This document shows, piece after piece, positions 52,137 to 63,500 of a stretch of DNA of 64,000 bases. Where the stretch lies: assembly GCA_000004985.1 (NCBI GenBank), contig GG738910.1. One strand, given 5' to 3'. How positions within the stretch are numbered: the first letter of the stretch is position 1; each line of letters starts with the position of its first letter. Position numbers and translations under genes: made by a program. The notes beneath the pieces were generated by a model that was not told the DNA's origin, did not search any database, and worked only from the letters and a program-made list of their open reading frames with translations. The stretch comes from Naegleria gruberi (taxonomy: Eukaryota).

Positions 52137-53528
52137 ATGCAAAGACTTGTCACATGGATTCTTGTTTGTCTGTGCTTGGTGACTTGTAATGCAAATATGG
52201 CTAGTGGTGTTGAGCAGAACAGGAATGTGAGAAAATATCATAATAATATCAAAGCTGGGAGCACTTCATCATATGTTCAGCCTGGCATTAATAATTCTTT
52301 ACAACCTCTGTTTGGACATAATATTGGATTAATTACTAACCCGTCTGGACAAAATTATCAATTATCACAATCAACAATTGATTTACTGATGGAGTTGACA
52401 AAACAGGGCTATTTGAATTTGGTTGCACTTTTTGCTCCCGAACATGGAATTTATGGTGACAAGCCTCCAGGGCAATTCTTTAATGATTATATTGACCCAT
52501 ACACTAAATTACCTGTTTATAGTTTATATAGTGAAACTAATCCGACTCATGAACCACTTCCTTACATGTTGAAAAATGTTACAATGCTAGTTTCGGATAT
52601 TCAAGATGTTGGAATGAGACCTTTCACGTTCATTAGTACAATGTGTGAAGGATTAATTGGAGCAAAGAAAAATTCAATCAAGTTCACAGTTTTGGATAGA
52701 ATTAATTATTTGAATGGAAACATTATAGCTGGTCCAATTTTGAATATGAAATACAAAAGTTTTATTGGAATTTATAAATTACCAATTGTAACTGGTATGA
52801 CTATGGGCGAATTGGCTCTATTGTTTGACAAGGAAATGTATATTAATTTAGACAATGATCTAACAATTATTCCAATAGTAGATGATAGTTCTCAAACCTA
52901 CGGGAAATACAGACCTTCATTCAGAGAAATAAGACAAGTATTCAGACAACCAATATTATATCTACCACCAAGTCCAAATTTGCCAACAATAGAAAGTGTA
53001 GAGTTGTACTCTGGAATGGTCTTGTTTGAAAGTCTGTTCAACATATCTATTGGAAGAGGAACAACAAATCCATTCCAAGTCATTGGTTCTCCATTCATTG
53101 ATTCAAGAAAATGGATGAGCTTTTTGCAACAAGAATTTGCTACAGAACTATCTCTCTATTTCAAATACGTTCAGCTTTCATATCCCACTTATTTTATTCC
53201 ATCTCTTGATATCCACCAGAATGCTCCATGTGAGGGAATTCGTTTAGTGTTAAAACCACTCGATTACAACAATATTACAAACATTGAAGAGTACTATAGA
53301 AGCTTTTTACCCCTCTCTCTTACCCTCATGAAATCTTTACTCAAACTTTACGGAAAGGAATTGCTAATTTGGAGAACTGATTTTGCTCATATTCTCATTG
53401 GATCTGAAGAAACAATATCACAAATATTGGACAATTCTGTGACAGTGGGAGAGATTGTCAATTCATGGAATAAGGATCTTGTCAAGTTCGACAAGAATGT
53501 CAGGCAAAAGTATTTAATTTACAAATGA
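52137..53528 (+). CDS. Secreted DUF1343 / NamZ-like protein (463 aa) with N-terminal signal peptide. Bacterial-type exo-beta-N-acetylmuramidase family.
   Basis: Family motifs: IGLITNPSGQN, LVALFAPEHGIYGD, LPVYSLYSETNPTHEPLPYML, MLVSDIQDVGMRPFTFISTM, FTVLDRINYLNG, IYKLPIVTGMTMGELALLFDKE. Signal peptide MQRLVTWILVCLCLVTCNA. Confidence 0.6.
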   Translation: MQRLVTWILVCLCLVTCNANMASGVEQNRNVRKYHNNIKAGSTSSYVQPGINNSLQPLFGHNIGLITNPSGQNYQLSQSTIDLLMELTKQGYLNLVALFAPEHGIYGDKPPGQFFNDYIDPYTKLPVYSLYSETNPTHEPLPYMLKNVTMLVSDIQDVGMRPFTFISTMCEGLIGAKKNSIKFTVLDRINYLNGNIIAGPILNMKYKSFIGIYKLPIVTGMTMGELALLFDKEMYINLDNDLTIIPIVDDSSQTYGKYRPSFREIRQVFRQPILYLPPSPNLPTIESVELYSGMVLFESLFNISIGRGTTNPFQVIGSPFIDSRKWMSFLQQEFATELSLYFKYVQLSYPTYFIPSLDIHQNAPCEGIRLVLKPLDYNNITNIEEYYRSFLPLSLTLMKSLLKLYGKELLIWRTDFAHILIGSEETISQILDNSVTVGEIVNSWNKDLVKFDKNVRQKYLIYK

Positions 53529-54969
53529 AGTTAATGACAGAACAACAGAAACCACCACCTCACAATATTCGATCGTTCATCAAATCCAAATAAAACAATA
53601 TTCAAATTTTTTTCCTTTAATTTAGATGTGCAATATTCTACTTCTAATCCCTATTCCAGTTCTTGAAAAAATCGTTCCAATTACTAATGTTATTGTGCCC
53701 TTGACATTCTTCCATCAGCCCTATCATAGATATCCCACAAAACTTCAAGACACTTAGACTCCAACTTGTCATATTCCATTAATTTAATGAATATCTCAAA
53801 TTCTCCCTTCCCAACTTTGGAAAGTTGTGGTTTGAGTCTAATTTAAATAATAGATATCTTGACAATTTCATTTCACCAATAGCTGCAAAGTTTACATGGC
53901 GATATGATAGAAGTCCCCAAATATAGATCCTACTCAAGTCAAATCTTTAACCACCATATAAAATATTACTTTTGGCTACAACATCTTTGGAAAAGTAGAA
54001 TGATATTGTAGTTTTCGAGAAATGATGATGGAAAATGATCGATTGAATGGATGAAACATAGAATTTTATCAATTCCATATCAAGCTGGGAAGAAATTTAC
54101 AATGAATTAGACATTTTAGAGAAATGCTGTTCCAAATTAGACAGATTTGTTTCTTACTGAATTACTAGTGGATCTTCCACATCAAACGAAGAACTTGACA
54201 TGGTAAAATACAACACTTGAAAACAGGTTTCCAGTATTGGGTGCCTTAATTAATGACAAAGGGCGAGAATGAAAGAAAACTTGATAATGTGTTCTTTGAA
54301 CAAAACCGCATGTTCAGGAGCAACGTCCAAACTTGTGTAAGCAATCATTTAATCAAGAACCAACACTCTTACTTTGGGGAGTTCAATATTTACTCAAACA
54401 TTTATGTAATATTTCAATACCAACATCCCAAATTTCAAAATCAAGAGTGAGCACTTGGCATCTTCTTGGAATAGGGTTGGGAGCAATCATCTGTCATTGA
54501 GCTCAGAAAGTATTATAAGAAATTCATATTTATTTTCAAATGCCACATCTAAGGAGATTGGGTTCGCACATGATTTTAAGCAATTTGGAAAAACAAGTTT
54601 TTGTGTTTTAAAGTGCTTTATTTTGAAACAGCACAAGAAATTAAACAACAATCTTTTGATAATTAGCTGAAGATTGAGCTTTTTCAAATAATATCATAGC
54701 CACAGTAATTGTCCTCTGTTGTATGTGGACAATAATTCAAAGAATGAGTACCATTCAAAGTTGATAAAAGTTACAGAAGCAAATCTTTGGGTGTTCTGAT
54801 TTCAATAAAAATTCAATTGTATTCAAATTTTTTTCAGCGTCGATATAATTGCCTGGAATCTCTCCTTATCCATTCATTGTTTGTGAATGTTTGTTATGCT
54901 TCTATGTTTGTCTACCGTACCACCAATACAGCCTGCTGTTATTCATAATAATTTTTATTTATTAAAAAA

Positions 54970-56107
54970 ATGACTGAACCAACACCAGTCGATATCACAC
55001 AAATCCCACCACTATCTCATTCCACCAAGGTTGCCTTAATATCTGGTGTTACTGGACAAGATGGATCCTATCTTGCTGAATTACTTTTAGATAAAGGATA
55101 TACTGTATATGGCATGATTAGACGTTCATCATCTTTTAATACAGGAAGAGTTGAACACCTCTATAAGGATGTTCATATTGTTGATGCGAGTAAGTTTAAC
55201 ATTTTATTATTGCTTAGTTTAATTAGAGTTTAAACTTGTGTACGGTGATTTAACTGATACTGGTAACATTATATCTATCATTTCAAAGATAAGACCTGAT
55301 GAAATATACAACCTGGGAGCTCAATCTCATGTTAAAATAAGCTTTGAAATGCCTGAATACACAGCAAATGTTGATGGTATTGGTACCTTACGATTTCTTG
55401 AAGCAATCCGAGCATGTGGTTTGGAAACGAAGACAAGATTTTATCAAGCAAGCACATCAGAGTTGTATGGCTTGGTACAAGAAATTCCTCAAAAAGAAAC
55501 TACTCCATTTTATCCTCGATCTCCTTATGCTTGCGCTAAGTTGTACAGTTACTGGATTGTTATTAACTATAGAGAAGCTTATAACATGTTCGCCTTGAAT
55601 GGTATTCTTTTCAATCATGAAAGTATCCGTAGAGGTCCAACCTTTGTAACAAGAAAAATCACAATGGCAGTAGCTCGTATTCATCTAGGTCTTCAAGAGT
55701 GCTTGTATTTGGGTAATTTGGATGCTGAAAGAGATTGGGGCCACGCAAAGGATTACGTTGAGGCTATGTGGTTGATGCTCCAACAAGAGAAGCCATCAGA
55801 CTATTGTGTTGCCACTGGAGAAAAGCACAAAGTTAGAGAATTTGTTGAAAAATCGTTTGCTGTTCTTGGTAAGAAGGTTGAATGGAAAGGAAAGTCAGGA
55901 ACTGTTGATGAATATGGTGAAGTTGATGGTGCTGTTAGAATTAGAGTTGACCCTCGTTATTTCAGACCAACCGAAGTTGAATTATTAATTGGAGACCCAA
56001 CAAAGGCCGAAACTGAATTAGGATGGAAGAGAAAAGTCAGCTTTGAGGAACTAGTAAAAGGAATGGTAAAAGGAGACGTGGAGTTATTGGGTAGCCAATG
56101 TAACTAG
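54970..56107 (+). CDS. gmd: GDP-mannose 4,6-dehydratase, 2 exons (54970..55189, 55227..56107). Intron 55190..55226 (GTAAGTTTAACATTTTATTATTGCTTAGTTTAATTAG).
   Basis: Motifs: [24 protein letters not shown] (NADP-binding GxxGxxG), [40 protein letters not shown] (Yxxx K), FNHESIRRG. The junction ...[14 protein letters not shown] restores the conserved sequence. Confidence 0.85.
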
Positions 56108-56282
56108 ATTAGATTTATGAATAAAATTTCAATAAAGAATAGTTGCAAACGAACACACCAAAGTTTCTTTGTAATCTACCACCAGCCTTTGGATTTATAG
56201 CGGCAGGGTATTAAACATTGGCAACTTCCTTAAAGTTAACAAGCCAAAGCCAATCTCCACCTGGCGATGTTCTCCATCGATC

Positions 56283-57377
56283 ATGAACTCGATAAAAAAT
56301 TACCCCATTTTACCCCACAAAATATTAGGGTTACAACGAACACTCCTAAAAAAAATGCAAAAAAGACTAATATTTGTTGTAGTTTCAATCTTAATAATAG
56401 GAGTAATTTTTCTCTATTATTCTAATCTTTCTCGGAATGATAACCAAGCCAATAATGTTGTCATCTCAACTAAGGTCAGAGAACAAACATCTTCACAAGA
56501 ACCAAAAGTCATTGAAAAGATAATTGAAAAGACAATAGAAATACCTTTAGAAAAGATTGTTGAAAAGATAATTGAAAAACCGTGTGCCACAAGTCAAACC
56601 AACGATGATAACTTGTCCAAATTTTCACAATTGTTAAAAAATGATCAATTAAAATCAATTGAACTGACTAAACAAATCTTAAGTGGAAATGTTAAAAATC
56701 CAGCAGTTCATTTAGTAACTCAATTATTTGGAGGTATGCAAAACGATCATTATGTGGATATGTTGGCAGCAATTCAATTAAATCTTTTCAATCCATTTGT
56801 TGAAAAAGTTCACCTCCTTCAAGAGAATGATGCAAACGATAAAGATTTAAAGAAGTTAATTGGACAAGAAAAACTTGTCATTCACATGCTAGGTCATCGT
56901 ATTACAGTTGGTGATTTTATGAGATATTGTAATGACAAATTACCACAAAAAATTGTAGGACTCATTAATACTGATGTTTATTTTGATAATACCCTAGTTG
57001 AGTTCCATAGAATGCCATATCAAACTGCATATGTTATTTCAAGAAAGGAAACTCTAGTTGGTAATAAGCCAGATCCAATTAATAATAGAGATCAATGTGG
57101 TGGATATCAAGGTTCACATGATGCATTCATTTTCAGGAATACGGATAAATTTGGAGATTCAATCATCGACAAGTTAAATAATACTAATTTGGGATATATG
57201 GGCAGTGAAAATGTTATTTTATATTATTTGAAACGTGATTCTAATAGATATAGAATTTCAAATCCATGTTATGCTGTTAATTTATTCCACTTGCATAGAA
57301 ATAGATCAGAGAAGGAGGTTAAAAGATTTAATGGTGGAGGTATTTCTGATACACAGAACCCATCTGGAGATTTTTAG
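56283..57377 (+). CDS. Type II membrane protein (signal-anchor VVVSILIIGVIFLYY). Lumenal domain of unknown family, possibly a Golgi glycosyltransferase. Likely start at ATG 56355.
   Basis: Uninterrupted ORF. A-rich context before ATG 56355. No diagnostic GT motif recognised. Confidence 0.4.
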   Translation: MNSIKNYPILPHKILGLQRTLLKKMQKRLIFVVVSILIIGVIFLYYSNLSRNDNQANNVVISTKVREQTSSQEPKVIEKIIEKTIEIPLEKIVEKIIEKPCATSQTNDDNLSKFSQLLKNDQLKSIELTKQILSGNVKNPAVHLVTQLFGGMQNDHYVDMLAAIQLNLFNPFVEKVHLLQENDANDKDLKKLIGQEKLVIHMLGHRITVGDFMRYCNDKLPQKIVGLINTDVYFDNTLVEFHRMPYQTAYVISRKETLVGNKPDPINNRDQCGGYQGSHDAFIFRNTDKFGDSIIDKLNNTNLGYMGSENVILYYLKRDSNRYRISNPCYAVNLFHLHRNRSEKEVKRFNGGGISDTQNPSGDF

Positions 57378-57502
57378 ATTGTGCAATCAATTATTAAATT
57401 TTAACTTTATTTCACTGCCCTTTCCGTATATTATGGACAACCAACAGATAAGGAAATAAAACATGGTTTTATCTAGATTAATATCCTGATTAAAAGAAGA
57501 GT

Positions 57503-60500
57503 TTATTGTTGTGGTTGTCTTGGCTCTAATTCTAAAGACCTATCCCACAATGTATCTTCATCAACAAGTTGAATGTTTCCAAGAGAAAGTAAGGATTGGA
57601 TAGAAGGATTGGTTGAAACTCCACTAGTGTAAAGTTTGTAATCCTCCAAAGTTACTGTTTGGATTTGATTGATAATTCTCTTGATGAAATCAACAGTTTC
57701 GAAATAGTAAGGTTGCATTTGATATTGTCTAATTTCTAAAATAATTTTAGAAACTTGTCTTCGTTTGAATACGTTGATTAGGCCATCACGAATATAGTCT
57801 GGATTACCATCGTTGATGAATGTTAAATCTTTCAGATACATGCTTAATGGAGGAATGCATGGAGGGAGGCAAAGTTGAAGAGCTTGTCTCATGTTCTTGT
57901 TTGCTTGCTCTTGAGAGCACAATTTCTTCAAATCCTCATACAATGTCAAGTACTCTGTTGGAACTGTTGCCCAAGTCTTTTTCAATCTGTAAACAGAAAC
58001 ATTGGATAAACCGCTGAGTATTTCTGAAAGACCATGGAAATTATTGATATCTCTTAATGCATTTGCCAACTCTATAAATTTGATAATGTATCTTCTTCTA
58101 ATTTTGAGATCATTTTGTGAAAGAATAGAACATGCAACAAATTGAGTCATCTTATTCCATCGATCAGTCAAGTGGGCAATATTTGGAGCTTCGTCATATT
58201 TTGAAGATTTTGTCCAGGCACCACTAAGGCATTCCTTTGGTTCAATCTTTTGGAAATATTCGTATTCAATGAGTGTGATTTGTCTTGCGATTTCAATTGG
58301 GCTCCATTCGAGAATATTAAAGGCAACATGTTCACTAAAGTTTTCTGGAATAATAGGGTCAGGAACATCAGTTTGTTTAGCATGTTTAACAGCCTTATCG
58401 TTATCTTTGATCAGCTTGTTACTGAGCGTTTTTCTGAGAGCATTGCAGAAGGAAGAAAATTCTTTGATATTTGCAACTGAATCCAAAAATTGAATCAAAC
58501 GAACAAGCAATAAATTATCAAAATCATGGAAATACTTTTCGACCCACATTTTAACAGCATTGATAACTCTGAGGAGTACTTTAGTGTTGGCTTCTGGTTG
58601 AATATCTTGCTTTTTCTGTTCTTCAGCAATATTGAATCTGTCAATTAACTTATCCATTAGGACATGGCTAGAACAGAAGGAACGATAGGTGAGGAAGAAG
58701 ACATCTCTGAACTTTGGGTCCGTTTCCTTGTCGCTGGTGATTTTTTCAATAAGCTTGTCAAGAGTAGCTGCTTTGATTTGATTATTCTCCACTACATAGT
58801 TCTTCTCAGAGTCTTCAGTAAGGATAAGCTTCTCGTGATTTTTCTCAATGTTCTCTAATTTGGCTTGGTGAGATATCAAGAGGCAGTCAATACTTTCAAG
58901 GATATATGATTCATTTTCTGATTGTGATAGTGGGAAGCAACAAACAGACAATAGAGTACCTAAAGCCCATTTCCATCTGTCGTCATGAATATCAATGCTG
59001 AAAACAGGAATAAGCTTTTGTACAATTGTAACGAATAAAGGAGTTAACATGGTATTTGTCAACATTGGATCCATTCTCTTTCTTACATTTTCAGCATCTT
59101 GTGAAGATTGGTTGAATTGCTCAATATATTTCATAATTAAAAGCAATACCTCCTCGATAACAGGAGAATATTTTTCGTTTTCCATAATCATCAATTCCCA
59201 TTTTTGTTCAATGAAACAGACCAAAATTTCAATAACAATTGTTTTGATCATTCTTCTAGTAACCCTGACAGGATATGCAATGTGCTTGTTAATGGCAATC
59301 GAAAGAAGTTTTACAAAACTAACGAGCACATCTGGAGACTTGTGGTTCCAAATCTCAGGCCATTCTTCTTTCTTTCTATTTCTCAAACAGTGAACAAACG
59401 AAACAGCAAAGTGAGACTGAAGATCATTGTCCATATTTCTTAATAATTTTTCTACATGGGCAATCTCAAAGAAAAGTGGCATTACTAGTTTGCAAATTTC
59501 ATTTCTAGAATCAGCAGAGCTAAACTTTGTTAATGAGTCTAGCTTTACAATTAATCTATTAATTATTCTCAGAGTTATTGTTCTTAAATCTGGTTTGTTG
59601 GCCTTTTGTAAGATACCAATAACAAACTTTAGAAGAAATGGTGTTTCACTACACATGTTAACTTCTACAAATATGCTTGAGTCAATTATAATTTCAGCAA
59701 AATCAAACTTTAGACCCACCACAACAGGAGAAGATTTGAATTGTGTTGTAAGTACATAATCATTGAGGGCTGTCTTGACAAATTTTCTAAATCTAACATC
59801 ATCTTTCATTTCTTTCATTAGTGAAATTTCCAATAAATCACACATGAACAAGGCCAAGTGCCTATTGACAACCTTAACAAAATGTAACTTGATAGGGTCG
59901 CCTGAGGCTGTGAGTAGTCTTTCCATCAATTTTGTTTGTAAGCTTCTCATCTTGGTGTAGAAAACTTCTGTAAATACGTCTTGTTTCTTTCCCTCCAAAA
60001 TGTAGAGTTTCATTGATTTGACAAGTGTATCAAACAAAAACCAAGAAAGTTTCAATGAGTCCAAAGCATTAATTTCTTCAACAGTGCTTTCTTGGCTTTC
60101 TGATGATTGGTTAGAGCGTGGTTTAGAGAAGTAGGTTGCTCTTCTTGGTCTATTGGCTACGCTATCGTTTGTAGAAGAAGAAGCTCCTGAACTTTCTGTA
60201 GTATTCGAGTTTGATTCTTTGGTTCTACTCTCTGTTTCTTTGGTATGACATGATTTGAAGAATTCTTCCCATCTTTCTGCCAACAGTAAACAAAAGCTTG
60301 TATTATCTGGCGTTGGAGGATTTTTGAACATGTAATAAATATATCCATTCAAAAATTGATCTCTCTCATAATAATCTAATCTGGAATTACTTCTCATACC
60401 TCTCAACATGTGGAGAAGAGTTTCAAAGACTAGCAATGAAAGGGAGGTTGTGGTTGTTGATGTTGATGTTGTTGTCTCTTTCACAGATTCAACATTTTTA

Positions 60501-63500
60501 GTTCTGGAGGTGAGAGTGGCTGTTCTCTTTTTTACAAATCCAGCAATACCTAGAGTTTTCTCAGATACAGAGTTATTGTTTTGAATTTCTGAACTTGTAG
60601 AATTCTGCAAAGAGGCTGTTTTAACATTAGCAATAATGTACATTACACAATTCAAAAATACAGGGAAATGATAAAGCATTTGAGACCAATGAGCTTTCTG
60701 GAAGTTTTTCAAAATACTTTCAGCATCAGAAAGTGACATGGCATCATTCAATTGACTCAAAAAGGAACCCTTTGGTAAATTATTGTTCTTTGAATTAATG
60801 AAAAGCCCAGAGTTTGTTAATAAAGATACAGCATTCTTGTCTGATGGGAAAATTGATGATTTGGCAATAACATTAAATCTAAAAATGGATTTTCCATTAG
60901 CATACTTTTGTAAAGACTTATCAGAAAGATAATTGTTTGGTAAAGTTGTGCACTTATATATTGGTAATTTTTTCATACCATTCTTAAATCCTTCATCTTG
61001 GACCAGTTTCAGAATAGAGAAGCCAATCACTGTAGTATCAGCTTTTCCAACTACACCTGATACTGGTTGACCTCTCTTGGAGGAAACATGTCTAAATTCA
61101 AAAACTAAATGATGGTTATCATGAATAGGGAATGGAAGTTGAATTTTGATTTGGTCAAAGAACAGAGGATACTTTTCGTGATAAGTAATACTGGATATGG
61201 CTTGTTGCTTAATATCCATACCTCCAATATAGTTTCTACTTCCTTCAGAGAAAATTCTACTAGCTCCAACAAGAACGCCTCCACTCATTTCATCATTTTC
61301 TCTTAACAAAACTCTAACGGCAACTGATTTGTAAGAATTTGGAAGTGATGTCATATTGATGTTATCAAGTAAAATATACAAAACATGATTGAATGTTAAA
61401 TCTAACTTTGGTGCTGTTGTGAAGAGAGTTGTGGATTTTGAAGAATGAGAAAAAGTATTGAAAGACATGGTTATGGTTTCATCATCATCAAATGTGAAGG
61501 AATCAGCATTGTCTTCTGAGACAGAAACAGCTTTAACTTCATGCACTCCAGTATCATAGAGTGGCCTAACTTGATGATATTTAGAAATATTATCAGGATT
61601 ACTATCAATAAGCATTGTAAATTTTGCAGAAATATTTTTGAAAGTAATATTGTCAACTTTTAAAGTTCCTTTCTGTTTGGAGTAGTCTCTTTGGTGTTCA
61701 ATGAGACTAGAAACATTGCACCTTTGTTTCTTTCCATCTAAGTGAGGGACAACAAATAGCTTGTCAAAGATAATTGCTCCTTTTCTCACTTCATATGTTG
61801 GTGGCTCTTCAATGCTTACTTTGAGTTCATTAGATGTGACAGATTCTCGTTTTTCCTCAAAGAGAGGCTCGACGGCACAGATCAGAGGGGATTTAAATTG
61901 ATCCAAGAACGAGTAAGCTGTTTTAAGTTTTTCCAAGTATGATTTTTTAGATGATTCATCAATCTTTTTCTTTGCTAGATAGGTATTATCAACATATGAG
62001 TTATCTGAGAATATTCTCTTAACCCAGAGAACTAGATAAATGTTTGGATTCTTATCCTTCACAGAAAATATAGCCTTCATCTTGGCCTCTGTACTAAGTA
62101 AATCTTTAGGGAAAGATTTTTCAATTCCCAATTGGGTAAGAGTTCCCATACCAGTGTTCAAAGTAAAATTGAACTCTTCTGAAATTCTTGATTCTGTCTT
62201 TTTATCATACAGATACAGTGTCGCATAGAGTGGTTCCAGATTAATATCAGTATTTTCAAATATTAAACCTTTGGCATTGATGAGAATTTTGAGAGATTGA
62301 TCGACTTGGAAAGGATTTGAAGGTATTCCTCTCTTGCAAACATCCTCTTCCAAATTTGACAGTCTATAAAAAGGGTTATAGATTGAGGCAACTCTATTTG
62401 AAGTTTCTTCATACATCTTTTCGGATACTTCTCGGAAGTTTAACTCTGTGTTAACAATTTCTTCTTCTTCCTCTTCTTCTACATCAACTTCTAATGTTTC
62501 AAGATCGACATCACTTCTTCTTGGGTCAACTAAACTACTACCACTATTGGTCAAAATCATTCCCAAACCAGTATTGGAAGCAGATGAATACTTGCCTCCT
62601 AAATATTCTTGTGAGTTGACAGAAAGATAATTCGTTGAAATTGGAGAAAATGATGAACTGGCAGGAGGAGCAACATTCACAGTTGGGTTGGAAAGTACAT
62701 TATTGGTAGTGTTACTTCTAGCTTTAAGTCTTTTTGGAGTAAGAGGTAGAGAGGCACTTGGAGTAAGAGATGGTTTGTAAGGTGAATCATCAATTCTAAT
62801 CTGATTGGCTGATAGTGGAGCAGAAATTGGTACAATTGTACTTCCGATTTGTGAGCTAATAAGTAAATTACAAGTGGTTGATGTAGAATCAGACAATTGC
62901 TTTCCTGTAATTGGATTCAATCCAGCCTTTGCGCTCATCTCCAAATCCCAATCCAATTGATTTTTAATTTTCGAACCATCTAAATTATTATTATTAATTC
63001 TAACAATTTGTTTTTCATCTAGAATTAATCGTGTTGCAAATTGAAGAGCAGGATGATCGGAAAGTGAATTATTAAGAATTTGTCTAATAGATTCATCATT
63101 ATTTGATGTTAGTACATCATTAAAGTGGATTGGTAAATTCTCATGAACCATCTCTATGAAATTATCTGGTGGTGAAAAGAGAGGATGTTCCACAAAATCA
63201 TCAGATTGTTTTGGTCGACTTGTAACTGGTACATTTGTTGTTGCTGTTGTTAGACCATTAGTATTATTACCTGTTGTACTAGTGGTTGTTGATGAATTAT
63301 TGTTTCTACATTCTGTATTTTCCTTCTGTGGTGATACTTGTTGTTGATCAACTTCATTTTCTTGTGAGAAGACTTTAACTCCAACAGCCGATGATGCTGC
63401 AAGAGGAGAAGAATTCTTGAAGGAAGATGATTTGCTGTTGGTGTTGGTGGAGGAGGCAGACGATGGGGTATTAGAAGGTCTGGGGGATCTAGGAGTCAAA

